From Haliotis cracherodii (taxonomy: Eukaryota): 64,000 bases of DNA. This document shows positions 1-13,600 of this stretch, in pieces. The notes under the pieces were generated by a model. It did not search any database. It worked only from the letters and a program-made list of their open reading frames with translations, and was not told the origin of the DNA. Numbering within the stretch: position 1 is the first letter of the stretch; the number at the start of each line of letters is the position of its first letter. A program made the position numbers and the translations under genes. Where the stretch lies: the NCBI RefSeq assembly GCF_022045235.1, contig NW_027266273.1, positions 19,840,001-19,904,000 on the forward strand, written 5' to 3'.

Positions 1-688
1 AAACCGCAAGATTTTTATGTTAAAAAGCACTATTTTCACGAGTGAAATTACAAGTTCAAATAACACTTGCAACATGTTCATTGACATCACCATTACATCA
101 TGGGACAGTACACATCTGTGAACAAACAGGATGTAGTCGAGTTAGAGGATGCAATCTGGACCAGGGGGAATTGCAGGGAGGCTCAATCTCTTCCAATGGC
201 TTCATCAAGAATTAGGTCATAAGGGGTTTCACAATTCACCGATGTATTGTGACTTTGCATCTGACGATACAATACCCAATATGCCAACCGATTGATTTTG
301 GAAAGGCACTGTCTACAAACCATAACTCTTATTCATTTTTATAGTACAATTAGGATTACTAGAATGATCCAAAATTAACCATTTATGCAAGTTAACAAAC
401 TGTCTGATAGCAAAGATCTTTTGTCTCAATAATGTCAGCTGCACAGTACATGTACAAAATCTTTCTAAAAGCAGTACAAATTATGTGTCGTGAAACATAT
501 TGTTTCTTTAAATTTAAATTTAAAATGAATCAAGCATTTGGTTAAGCTTATCAAATATCATGTTTGCCTTATCTCATGACAACAACTGCCTTGTCAGACC
601 ACTTGATGACATAAATATAACCAAATATATTCTACATCCTAAGAATTGTAAGGGATGACAAGTCCATCTGGATGAAGAGAGAGGTCAC

Positions 689-811
689 CTTTGTTGCCTG
701 CAGAATCTTGGTGCTTGACCTCCCCATCGATGACATAAGTGACTGTCTCAAACCCCCTGTGGGGGTGGTCAGGGGCCCCGAGAGCCTCGCCCGGTTTGTG
801 CTCCGTTGGAC
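689..811 (-). CDS. Pirin coding exon 2
   Basis: acag|GT CCA ... AAA G|gtgacc; contains [11 protein letters not shown]. Confidence 0.9.
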
Positions 812-1830
812 CTGTGTCAAGGACATAACAACTGATGGTATTGTCATTTAATTCAAACATCAACACAATTTCAATCATTTGCTCATTATTGTTATATGTA
901 GAAGGTTTGATAAATGAATTCTAATAAACCCACTATTCTGATGCCTCATATGACTTGCAGTCTGATAATATGACATACAAGTCATTGACACATTAAAGTC
1001 ACTAGCACTGACATTTTGTAATCTGTCTACCCATAGTAAGGACTTGTCAGTGTTAGATCCTGTCATGTCATCAAGGAGTGCAGGGTCAACGGGAACTGCT
1101 CAGCTCTGATGTTTAAAGGCGACTGACACTGCTCTGATACAAACAACATTTCGAGTGTCGGGAAGGGAGGCATGACTCCTATGAATTTATTGTCCCTGGT
1201 ATTACAGATCCCACTTGAACCATTGTTTGAGAGCTCAACTGGGCCTGTCACTTAATCAACATAACATCCTTCTTGTGCTGTCCTTTGTTTTCATGTCCAT
1301 GATAACCACCAAGAACACCTTAACAATGTCAGCAGATCATGTCGATGTAAGCCATTACAGCTCGTGATGTCATGCATTTAACACAGACTGCAACTTTAGC
1401 CACTGGTCTGAATCCTCAATCCTGAACAACTTTGCTTACGACAGCCCAAATGGATGATATGTCTCGGATAAAATCTTCTGAAATGGGTACCCAAGGACAA
1501 GTTCAGACTACCAAACCTTTTGGCACAGACTGATAACAGACTAAACATGCTATAGATTCTCTACAGTATCAATTTTTGTGTCCAACAGATAAACTATCTT
1601 CCTGTATTCCTAAAAGTTGTCCTGAGTCAAAGACTTACAAGTGGACAAAATCTACAGATTGATTTCTAGGTGTACATTTGCTATCTCGTGTTCAGCTCAC
1701 CTATATGATCCAACATCAGAAATGGATCACATCTTGGGACTACCCCTCCGATCACGCGACGGACCAGGAACCCGCCACCTTCTCTCTGAAGTTTTGGTGT
1801 GGCAATTTTCACAACCGTCCTTTGAGCCAT
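689..1830 (-). CDS. Pirin-family cupin protein, 5' part; join(complement 1701-1830, 689-811); continues beyond window start
   Basis: Spliced translation [84 protein letters not shown] carries the pirin DPFLxLD and [11 protein letters not shown] metal-binding motifs. GT-AG intron, phase 1 consistent. Confidence 0.92.
1701..1830 (-). CDS. Pirin coding exon 1 (not in ORF track)
   Basis: ATG at 1830; donor GTGAG at 1700; an acceptor (ttccag) at 1866-1867 implies an upstream non-coding exon. Confidence 0.88.
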
Positions 1831-3063
1831 GTAGAACTGGATAAACAACCTCCAAATAAGATAACCTGGAAATGAAATGCATTTCCTCGTCAGTCTAAAA
1901 CTGCTTGTGCCATGTCACAGCTGCCAACAATTCACTATTACACAAAAACAAATACTTTTCTAGATATCATAAATGATTTTAAGAGATTAAATCATCATCA
2001 GATCATGATAACAGGCAGTAGAACAGTGTCCTCCCACAACCCTTACAGCTTATAACAGAAGAGTTCACAGATGAGTGCACAATTAAACCTGCCTTTTACC
2101 TTCTTAATAAAAAGAATTAACCCAAAGAACCAAGCTGTATGGAAATAATAATTTATTGAGGTACATTAATGACAAGTTTGATAAGAAGGCCTTCAGGAAT
2201 TGGATGAGTGTTTTTAGTCCATTGTTCAATTTTCCTTTAACCAACAGGCGATTCTCTACCTCGGTGGGGTTTGGCATGTAGGGCCTTTGGGAGACAATCA
2301 GTTGAACATGGTAGAATGGATCGATGCTGCCACAGCAACTTCAGAACATATTGTGTACTTAAATATTACCACTACAAATATATGTCCAGGAAGAGTCTTT
2401 GTGTTTTAGTCGTCAAATAGTTCAGATGATACTGCATGCCATGAATCTAATACCAAAAAGTGAGAGTGTCACTTGCTTGCATTAACAAAGTGACACATTC
2501 TCTAGCTAGACATTTTGGAATTTCCTGTAACAACAGGTGGACAACACAAGCCATGCTACCTGCATAATTTCATGATGCATTATAAACGAGGGATCAGCAC
2601 TCACATTAATTTGGAGGCACATGCTTGTCATGATTGTCATGATTTAAGGTAAGTGTGCGCAATTACACAACATATGTAGATGTTACGTCACTTTATTTTA
2701 GGAGCCACCAATATGATCAAGTTGATGATAGCGACATGTCCATGATATATGATATTTTACAGGGTTTACCTATGGATTCAGGGTTAGAATAGGTTCCCAG
2801 AAACCAACTAAATTTGAATCTGGGGATCATGTAAAAAAAAAATCATGGTTATGACAAGGACTTCTTGACTTTCATAATTGTTTTCATAATAATGATAACA
2901 GTCCAAAAATAAATTAAAACAACACTGCTAACAAGCAGTGGTTTTTAAATAAGCTTCTTTCTAATCATGCTAATTAAACAATATCTTTTCTTTGCCTTTT
3001 TCATAAATGTTTACAAAACATATAGATAAACTTTTCATATTATGTGATAGGGGTATTTCACAC

Positions 3064-3106
<43 letters not shown>
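3064..3106. repeat. (TA)n microsatellite
   Basis: Seen directly in sequence. Confidence 0.95.
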
Positions 3107-3107
<1 letters not shown>

Positions 3108-3305
3108 GGAGGAAAGGGAAAAATGTTTATATATAAGTGTTGCATGTTATATACACCAAAATTAAAAATGCGCAATTAACATAAAAATGGGTCAATAAAT
3201 GGCCTACGAGACACTTTTATGGACATGTAAAACACTGCATACATGTCAACCAGTCTTCCCAGTGATATTCACCTACCAACAACATTAAAGAATTATCACA
3301 ATAAC

Positions 3306-3701
3306 TTGGGCTGGAACGATACACCAACTGTGCAATCCAATACATATCACGATACCTTGCTCATGATCCGATATTTATCATGATATTTGCATCATGAGCT
3401 CTTATCATGCTTATCTCTGGAGCGCAAGCCACCTTTTTCAACATGTTCAAAGACAAGATGGCAAATACCTGGCACTCTGATGATTTACTGTTGGCCGTAT
3501 CAAGTATTGTGCAGTGGATGAAAATATCCACATTTTCAAAATTAATTTTTCCTTCTAATTCATGTTTGCTGTAACAGTTATTAAAGCAAATGTTTAAGGT
3601 AAAAATTGGTATTTTTTTACTTAGTGTTCGACTTTCATCAATACTTGTATCGAGAAGTAAAAAATCGTGATCCACCGATTCATCGGTGTATGGTTCCACT
3701 A
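3306..3701. mobile_element. Probable hAT-like MITE
   Basis: TGGAACGATACACC / GGTGTATGGTTCCA inverted ends; CGATA-rich subtermini similar to the 8844 element. Confidence 0.45.
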
Positions 3702-3915
3702 ATAATAATCACGTTATCAGTTGACATGAATCGTGATAATACCGATACTCATGCAGTCTGACAGTGGTACTGATAGACTGAGCCAGTCCTGGCCTTGAAG
3801 AGGCAACCACACTGCGATATGGATATTGTGAACTTACAAACGGTAAAGCCATTATTTTTCTCTTATCATTGATGTTTCACGCGACACTGGATGAAATCAA
3901 ACAACCACTCCTTAC

Positions 3916-4541
3916 CTACTGTAACAAACAACTGATGGATTGAGAAGAGACGAGCTGTGCCCTTGGACAATGTTTACATGATTAGAATAGCCTCTCTTTT
4001 TTCAAGGACGTCACATCCCTTCAAACATATAAAAGAAATATTTGGGTAGAGTTTTAACAAGTTGTCATCATAAACTAATTAAAATATTTGAATTGGTCGT
4101 GATGCAAATAATAAACTTTTCTAAGTAGTGTTTGAATTTTTTTAATGACAATTATTGCTTATTGTCATGGTTGTAAGTGGCATATGAACTTTGGTCCGGT
4201 GTTATTTAAAAATATTCCCTATATAATTATATTCTCAGGATGGCGGAAACTTACTTTAAAGCACGGAAAAATAATAATAATATATTATGATAGAAGAAGG
4301 CACGATTGTGAGTAGACATAGAAATGATTTAATAATCCAGCACAAATATTCCTTAATATGCTTCACCAGGCGTTTACAAAGAGTTGTTAACTATGGTACA
4401 AGTTTTTTATCCGGGTATCAAATATACTAAACACCGTTCGCGTCGTCTGCAGGTTGTTGTTATCAGCCAGTTACGAAGTTAGGTTGATGAGTGATTTTTT
4501 TTTATTTAGAACCTAGGCACCAGTTCCAGTAAAACATAACG
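3916..4541. promoter_or_regulatory. Probable divergent promoter region pirin/AGMO
   Basis: Head-to-head arrangement; minus-strand GTAAG donors at 3915 and 4254 could end a pirin 5' UTR exon. Confidence 0.4.
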
Positions 4542-4658
4542 ATGGATTCGATGATGAAAGCCCCGCTGACCACTCACTTGAGGCGAATGTTTTATTTCGT
4601 GACACCAAATGAAACGTCGTTTGAGAAAGCTGAAGATGTACCTCAATACATTAAAGAA
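4542..4658 (+). CDS. AGMO: AGMO exon 1
   Basis: MDSMMK...[26 protein letters not shown]|gtaagt. Confidence 0.92.
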
Positions 4659-7600
4659 GTAAGTATACCAAGGTACGGGTCAAAGTGCCGTATTCGACGT
4701 AATAAGCGCCCAGGCGCTCTCAAAATTAAAAATAGGGGGCTCTTATTAGAATATTATTTTGGTGAATAAAACTTAGTTGAAAGATAAATATCGTTATTTA
4801 TGCTGAAATATTTATGTACGACAGATACATTTTTCCATAATTTAATTGTCCATAATGTCTTTGATCAATCGGAAGGGGGGCTAATTTGGGATTGTTCACT
4901 AGCCAATATGTCACCGTGGGCGCTTATTAGAGCGGGGCGCTTATTACGTCAAATACGGTAGCTTCATTTCCTATGACAGCAAAAGTAAAACTGTTTTTCT
5001 TGTGGCATGTCTATACGTTTTCTCCATGCTTACATGTACAAGTTTGCAGATGTATATAAACTACAGCCGGATGGCCATTTCGTGTCAACTCTAGTCGAGT
5101 GGTAAAGTAACAGCCCTAGCAGGTCTCTCTAGTCCCTCTTTAAACTATCAACAAACTACATTACAGAGATATATTATGGATTATACCAATATAATTTATA
5201 GGAATCTTATGGCATGTTTAAGGGATATATAGCTAGACCTCATAACATGGTGTTTGTTCTATTTGTCATGATAGCGAACAGGTCAAAAGGGCCTCAGACA
5301 CCCAAGTGAAACTTAGGGCCACACCAACAAGTAAAAAGTCAAAACGGCCACAAACCCTATTTAAAATGGCCACATCAAAAGTCAAATTGGCCACGTGAAA
5401 AACTATAATTAAAAACCATGCTTAGTTCCATTAATGCAAAATAGGATCAATAATGTCTGATCAGTAGTGAAACCTGTGTATGTTGTCTTTACCAAGCCAG
5501 CTTTTGTAATTCATACTGTGTTAATTGATCGCACTCATTTGATTTGAGGGTAAGAGTGATGGGTATAAACATGGGGTGAGGACCAAGTGTACCGAAGGAT
5601 ACATAAGATATATATATCAAACCCACTGTCAATACATAACAACTACAGCAAGATAACAAGCTGCAACAATACATAAGGAAGAGATCTGCCAGTTCACAGG
5701 AAGAGATATTTGCCCCCTGGGGTCTGTACAAGGATGGGAATCTCAGTCCATCTCAGTGAATTATTGTCCATCTGTTCAAATTTAAATGGTCCAAGTCACA
5801 GGGACAACTGAAATGAAGTCTAAAATAGATCTCTGATGGTGCTGCTCAAAAGAAGCTATGATTTGCATGTTAAAGGCTGTTTTATTAAATGAAAAAGATA
5901 TAAGACAAAATAGATGTTCACTTTCATATTTATAAATTATGTGTGGGTTATGTGTTGATCTGATTATTAAGTAAATGCATAAGATGTGGGCTAATTAATC
6001 AATTTACTCAATAGAAATTATTTATATGACTCAGGATCTATGGTGACTGCAAAAACTGGACTGGACTGCATATCCTGAACAGCAAATTCTTCAGATGACT
6101 TGACACTGTAAATTAAAGTGTTTGTGACATATCTGACTACTTTTTAAAAGTATGAAATTCTTTACATGACCGATTGTTTATCTGTTAAGATCTTTTATCT
6201 ATTCTTGATGTACAGATTGTGACATATATGAAATGTGTGACACGTTTATTATTATCTTATTGTCTGTGATATTTCATAAATATTTGGGGGGCACAGGTGT
6301 CTGAGTTGTGTCGAGTTGCGTCCCTTGGGCACGTCAGAAAGTGAATGATGTTTTTAGGGAAATGGCTGATTTTAATCGGGAATGGTGGGGTTGACGAGAA
6401 AAAACATGACTTGATTACCAAACAGGCCAAAAATTGAATTTATTTTTTTACAAACAGTATGTCAGACTGTAAAAAAAACAAAAACGAAATGTTCATGGCT
6501 GAGTGACTTTGAATGGGCAGAGATGAATGTAGATAGCAGTGACTGTAAAGTTTTTTGAAAGGTCTCTCATACATATCTTCAACTCAAAGGTTACCGAAAT
6601 GATAGAAACTAATAATAACTGAGAACATAAGACTACATAAAATTTAATATGGCAAGTGAAATTATTGCAGGATGAGTGCAAAATTACAAAATTATATCTG
6701 CTTGCCCTGCAGGACAAATTGGTTTGAAGAAATGTTTCCAGCCCTGATGATTGTACATACTTTGTAATTATCAGTCCAATACTTCAGCTTTCTCATTTTC
6801 TGGGACTCAGTGTTTGATTGTATTCATTGTTTTTATAAACCATTTGAAATGCATGTTGGCTCTGTTTTTGAAAAGAATTTATCATTATCTACTTGCAGTC
6901 AGCCCCTTTCTTCCTTGGCTTTATAGCAATTGAGTTCATTGTAATGCTTCTTCGAGGAGACGGAAAAAGAAGTCTCAATGATGAACTCACTTCAGTCGGA
7001 GCAGGAATGTTTTCCAGACTTCCATTGTGAGTATTTGTTCATAATAACTATGGCGAAACAGTTTGACACATCAATTAATTTAATGAGACATTTCTAGCAT
7101 CACATGGAAACAGTGTGTATCCAACTAACTCTGTGGTTATTTATTTTCAGACTTTTGTTCAGATCCCTTCATATTGCAGCATACATATGGGTGCATGAAA
7201 ACTTCCCGCTGCATGTGCTGCCCTGGGACTCCCCGTACACCTGGTGGTTGTGCTTCCTGGGCATGGACCTAGGCTACTACTGGTTCCATCGTCTTGCACA
7301 TGGTATCCATCTTCAATATACCAAGTATTTGTTCCATTACCTGTAATATACCGGTTCTTGCATGTTTAACAGATCATTTACATGTTTATTTCACTATTTT
7401 ATTTAACTTATATGACTGGGTTGAAAAATACTTGTATTTTTGGCATGTCATGGTTAAGATAAGTTCTTGCTGCCTAACTTAGAAATAATATGTTTTTAAC
7501 CAAAATGTTTTGTTCATTAAACAAAGATGTGATAATTGTACTTTTACACAAGTAAACTTGACAAACACTTGAAGACAATGAGCAAATGAACATGCTAACT

Positions 7601-10600
7601 GTTGCTTTTTGAATACTATCTTTCACAAGATAAACCTGGGAAAAGGGCAAAGTTACAGCTGCTTGTTTTCATGATTATCTTGCTCAAGGTGAAGTGACAT
7701 TCAGAGAGTTTGTAGATGGGTCAAAAGTATTCTTGTTGTTGACGACACGCTTAGGGCCTGGTCATTTGTGTAAGATCAAGGGGTGGGCCATGAATATATA
7801 ACACAGTTCCATTTTTACAAGTAATGTTTTTAAACATAATTATTTTAATTTATCGGAGGGGTGGATGGAGGTAGCGGGGGTGCATAAAAAACTTGTTCTT
7901 TTGGCTTCATCCAGTTATCTGTATGCTCCTTGTTGTCAATCTTAATCTGATGCTTGTCACAACATACCATGCATACATACCTATCACTCTTTGGTTGTTG
8001 TCACTCTAGCTTGATAATGCTGTAAGAATCTCCATCAAAACTATAGGCAATAAACCAGATGTTGTAATCCATAAAGTTGTATGTTTTTCTTACTTACTCA
8101 CTAACTTCCAGAATGCGAAGGATAATAGGTAGGATAATCAGATATGTCATTCTATATAAATATAAATATGATATATTATGAGAATCAGTTGTGTGTATCA
8201 TGGAAAGACACAAATATCCCTATCTGAAGTGGAGTAGTGTATCAATACATTCAGTACCTGTAATACACTTACACATTTATTCCTATTTGTTTCAATGCCT
8301 GCTATGAACTTCAAATCATTAGTTACTGATTATTGTGAAGAGTTAAGCATGTCAAGTTTGTATTCATATTTGTCTTTGCAGTATACATGGCATATTTGTT
8401 GAATTCTGAACATACCCATTGTAAAGAAGTCATTGTGTTTCAGAGGTGAATTTTATGTGGGCAGCTCACCAGGTCCATCACAGCTCCGAATACTACAATT
8501 TGACAACAGCTTTGAGACAGTCAGTCTTACAGGGATACACATCATGGGTGAGAGCTACTTTATCATTACAGAGGCAACCATCAGGTACACCAAACTTCAG
8601 TGTACACATGGGTATGTTGCCATTGTGTATGTGTGTGTGTGTGTGTGTGTGCCGCCTCTGTGGTCCAGTGGTAGAGCGTCCACCCAGAGAGCGAAAGGTC
8701 TCGGGTTCTCTCCTCTGCTGCATCATACCAAAATATGTTATAAGATGGCTCTTCTACTTACTCTATCTGGCGCTTGGCACTAAGGGGCTAAAACTATGAC
8801 AGCTAGGTTCAGTCAGTGTTCTGTGTCTGAGTGGGGTATTCATTAGGGATGGTTATTGGCGGTTAAGTGGGCACGGGTGGCCCAGTCGTCTAAGGCGCCG
8901 CAATTTGCTGTACAGAGTTGCATCCCTTGGGCACGCCAGAAACCTGTGTTTGTGGGTTCGAATCCCGGTTCGCCCCAATTATGTTTCTAGGTTTGTCAGC
9001 TATAACCCGTGCTCGCGGGTTTCACCAAAGTGGTAAACGTCTGAGACCTGCATTACTCCGGGCTTTCCTCCCACATTAAGCTGACACGCTGTGATAAAGC
9101 AGCGTTAAACCCAAATCACTCACTCACTCACTATTGGAGGTTAAAAGTGTATCACAATACATTGCAATACCCAAGGCTGTACAGTGTTAGAAATTGGCAC
9201 TAGTCCTGTAGTCCTTGCCAAACTGCCCAATAGTTAAGGTATCATAAGGACAAGTAGACATTTGCCATTTTTTAGGGTTTTGCTATATGTTATCATTATA
9301 AGGACTAGTGGACTAAATATTTTAGTTTCTACCCCTGCTGTATTACGATACGTATCATGATATTGTATGATTCTAAACTTTCAATTCTGAAGCAATGTGA
9401 TACATTAAGTTCATAAGGGGAACAAAACAAGATGCTGGTACGACATAATGTTTACTCATTCAATAAATATGCAGCCATCTTGGGGCCCTGGATGCTTGCT
9501 CCTGGGATATATCAGGCATGAAAAAAAGATATTGTGATATGTATCGTGGAAAGAATAAACCTCAATATACTGATATACTGGTAATACCACACACCCTTAG
9601 TATCCATGTTGAACTGCCTCATGGAATCTCAGTGGGCTAGCACTATAAAATCAGCATTAGTCTGGACTAGTACAAGCAGCCATACACGCACGCACGCGCG
9701 CACGCACCCACACACGCAATAATTTTGGAGGCAATGTTAAACCCCATTTCATCTCACCACATGTGTGTTTCTTCCTTGTTTGTTATTTTCATGCAAACAT
9801 ACTTGACATTGTCCTCAGGTGTTCTACCTCCCGATGGCGCCGTTCATCCCACCTTCTATCTTCATTTTGCACCATGAGCTCAACATCCTGTACCAGTTCT
9901 GGATCCATACAGAGGTCAGTCAGATCACCATGGTCATGGCGTGATCAATCAAGGAGGTACATGGTTGGGTAACCATGGTGATAGGATGTTAGAGGTCAGT
10001 CAGATCACCATGGTCACAGCATGGTCAGTCAAGGAGGTACATGAGTGGGTAACCATGGTGACAGGATGTAAGAGGTCAGTCAGATCACCATGGTCAAAGC
10101 ATGGTCAGTCAAGGAGGTACATGGGTGGGTAACTATGGTGACAGGATGTTAGAGGTCAGTCACATGACCATGGTCACAGCATGGTCAGTCAAGGGGGTAC
10201 ATGGGAGGGTAACCATGGTGACAGGATGTTAGGGCAATGATTTGGGGTGGAGAAGGTGGTTTCACTACCTCAGGTTCAGAATGCACACAATACATATTTG
10301 TATAGCCAAACATAGGTCAATTATTGCTCATGTACACATGTCTACACTTACTCATTGTGCATATTTACTGATCATGCTTATCTCAAAGTGGGCATCTTTG
10401 AGTAGACTTTTCCATGTTAGAATTGGTCTTCAGCAACCCAAGCTTGTCGTAAGAACGCAACAAATGGGATTGAGTGGTCAGGCTCGCTGACTTGGTTGAT
10501 GCATGTTATCGTATCCCAACTGCATAAATCAATGCTCATGATGTAAATCACATGATTATTCACAGACTGCCATCATATAGCTGGATTATTGCTGAGAGCA

Positions 10601-13600
10601 GTGTTAGACAACAAATAAAGAAACAAATAAACAAGCAGACAAACTTTAAATTAATGTGCATATATTATGTGTTACATCATTATTCATGTATCTCATCTGA
10701 GTCATGTATCTTACTGGGTTTCATTGACCATGTTGTCTGATTGTCATCCAAAATGTCCAGAGAAATTTTCCACATTTGGTGATAATATTTGAATAAGAAT
10801 GTCCTATCAAAAGCAGATAAACCATGGGAATGAGCGCTTGCCATTTGTCTTGCAAATTCACTGATCAGCTAAAATTATTGATATCCCATCCACTGGTGGA
10901 TTCCACTGTACACTGAGTAATGTTTGTTCCAGTATGTGAGATCGCTAGGCCCACTGGAGTACGTCCTCAACACTCCAAGCCACCACCGAGTACATCATGG
11001 GAGGAACAGATACTGTATAGACAAGAACTACGCAGGGACTCTCATCATCTGGGACAGGCTGTTTGGTAGGTGACAAAGACAGGAGGAGCTGTATACAGAC
11101 TCTCATCATCTGGGACAGGCTGTTTGGTAGGTGACAAAGACAGGAGGAGCTGTATACAGACTCTCATCATCTGGGACAGGCTGTTTGGTAGGTGACAAAG
11201 ACAGGAGGAGCTGTATACAGACTCTCATCATCTGGGACAGGCTGTTTGGTAGGTGACAAAGACAGGAGGAGCTGTATACAGACTCTCATCATCTGGGACA
11301 GGCTGTTTGGTAGGTGACAAAGACAGGAGGAGCTGTATACAGACTCTCATCATCTGGGACAGGCTGTTTGGTAGGTGACTAAGGCAGGAGGAGCTGTGTA
11401 CAGACTCTCATCATCTGGGACAGGCTATTTGGTAGGTGACTAAGGCAGGAGGAGCTGTGTACAGACTCTCATCATCTGGGACAGGCTGTTTGGTAGGTGG
11501 CTATGGCAGGAGGAGCTGTGTACAGACTCTCATCATCTGGGACAGGCTGTTTGGTAGGTGACTAAGGCAGGAGGAGCTGTGTACAGACTCTCATCATCTG
11601 GGACAGGCTGTTTGGTAGGTGACTAAGGCAGGAGGAGCCGTGTACAGACTCTCATCATCTGGGACAGGCTGTTTGGTAGGTGACTAAGGCAGGAGGAGCT
11701 GTGTACAGACTCTCATCATCTGGGACAGGCTGTTTGGTAGGTGACTAAGGCAGGAGAATCTGTGTACAGACTCTCTTCATCTGGGACAGGCTGTTTGGTA
11801 GGTGACTAAGGCAGGAGGAGCTGTGTACAGACTCTTATCATCTGGGACAGGCTGTTTGGTAGGTGACTAAGGCAGGAGGAGCTGTGTACAGACTCTCATC
11901 ATCTGGGACAGGCTGTTTGGTAGGTGACTTAGACAGGAGGATCTGTGTACAGACTCTCATCATCTGGGACAGGCTGTTTGGTAGGTGACTAAGGCAGGAG
12001 AATCTGTGTACAGACTCTCATCATCTGGGACAGGCTGTTTGGTATGTGACTAAGACAGGAGGAGCTGTGTACAGACTCTCATCATCTGGGACAGGCTATT
12101 TGGTAGGTGACTAAGGCAGGAGGAGCTGTGTACAGACTCTCATCATCTGGGACAGGCTGTTTGGTAGGTGACTAAGACAGGAGGAGCTGTGTACAGACTC
12201 TCATCATCTGGGACAGGCTGTTTGGTAGGTGACTTAGGCAGGAGGAGCTGTGTACAGACTCTCATCATCTGGGACAGGCTGTTTGGTAGGTGACAAAGAC
12301 AGGAGGAGCTGTGTACAGACTCTCATCATCTGGGACAGGCTGTTTGGTAGGTGACTAAGGCAGGAGGAGCTGTGTACCGACTCTCATCATCTGGGACAGG
12401 CTGTTTGGTATGTGACTAAGACAGGAGGAGCTGTATACAGACTCTCATCATCTGGGACAGGCTGTTTGGTAGGTGACTAAGGCAGGAGGAGCTGTGTACA
12501 GACTCTCATCATCTGGGACAGGCTGTTTGGTAGGTGACTAAGACAGGAGGAGCTGTGTACAGACTCTCATCATCTGGGACAGGCTGTTTGGTAGGTGACT
12601 AAGGCAGGAGGAGCTGTGTACAGACTCTCATCATCTGGGACAGGCTGTTTGGTAGGTGACAAAGACAGGAGGAGCTGTGTACAGACTCTCATCATCTGGG
12701 ACAGGCTGTTTGGTAGGTGACTAAGGCAGGAGGAGCTGTGTACCGACTCTCATCATCTGGGACAGGCTGTTTGGTAGGTGACTAAGACAGGAGGAGCTGT
12801 GTACAGACTCTCATCATCTGGGACAGGCTGTTTGGTAGGTGAGTAAGGCAGGAGGAGCTGTGTACAGACTCTCTTCATCTGGAACAGGCTGTTTGGTAGG
12901 TGACTAAGGCAGGAGGAGCTGTGTACCGACTCTCATCATCTGGAACGGGCTATTTTGTAGGTGACAAAGGTGACCCTTCATCAATTTCCGAGAGAAAAAA
13001 AATGTAAAATATCCTTGGAAAGTATTGAAATGTCCTTGTGAAAGTGCTGAAATTGCACGCTCTGTAATAAACTTCCAAAACAAACCTATTTGGGGGCGTG
13101 GCCTAAAGCTACCAAAATGGCGGTGACTCTTTTCATTTTATACTTTTGTCGCGTTTATCTATCTTGTGATCTTTAGCCATTGTATATATCCCTGTCTGGG
13201 ATTAATCCCATGAGTAAACAATTGAAGGCATCTTCAGTGTTGTTACTAAGGTGACATAATTTTGGGCATGGAAATCAAATGGATGAGCAGACAGAAAATA
13301 GACATAATGTATTAAAAAATCCGAGGCAGAAGCAGGCAGACTGGGCGTCGGCCCGATCATCATGATCGTTGAAACTGAAAACCTATTTTAATTCCAGTAA
13401 GTAGATTTCACTCAGTGGCAGAATATTTTGTGTTGGGGACCATTTCACCTGGCGTTTTTTGTCATCTACTTTAAGTTATTTCCGTTTTCAAATATATTCT
13501 TGGTCAAGCATAGTGATTAAGTATGCCCTAAAGTACAATGTATTAGAATCTGCAAAGTTGCTATGCTGACTTTACTTGCCCTTAAATGCAGAGTGCCAAG

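Larger units (their letters stand above)
8651..9760 (+). mobile_element. SINE family C split by nested insertions (8651-8843 + 9608-9760)
   Basis: The halves join to give the family C consensus. Confidence 0.75.

Noticed and set aside
3361-3699. 112-aa minus-strand ORF
   Set aside because: It lies within a probable MITE, has no recognisable motif, and does not fit the pirin gene.
11038-12969. CRISPR-like appearance of the regular arrays (also 15429-16890)
   Set aside because: Whole units repeat with no unique spacers, there are no cas genes, and the context is a eukaryotic intron.
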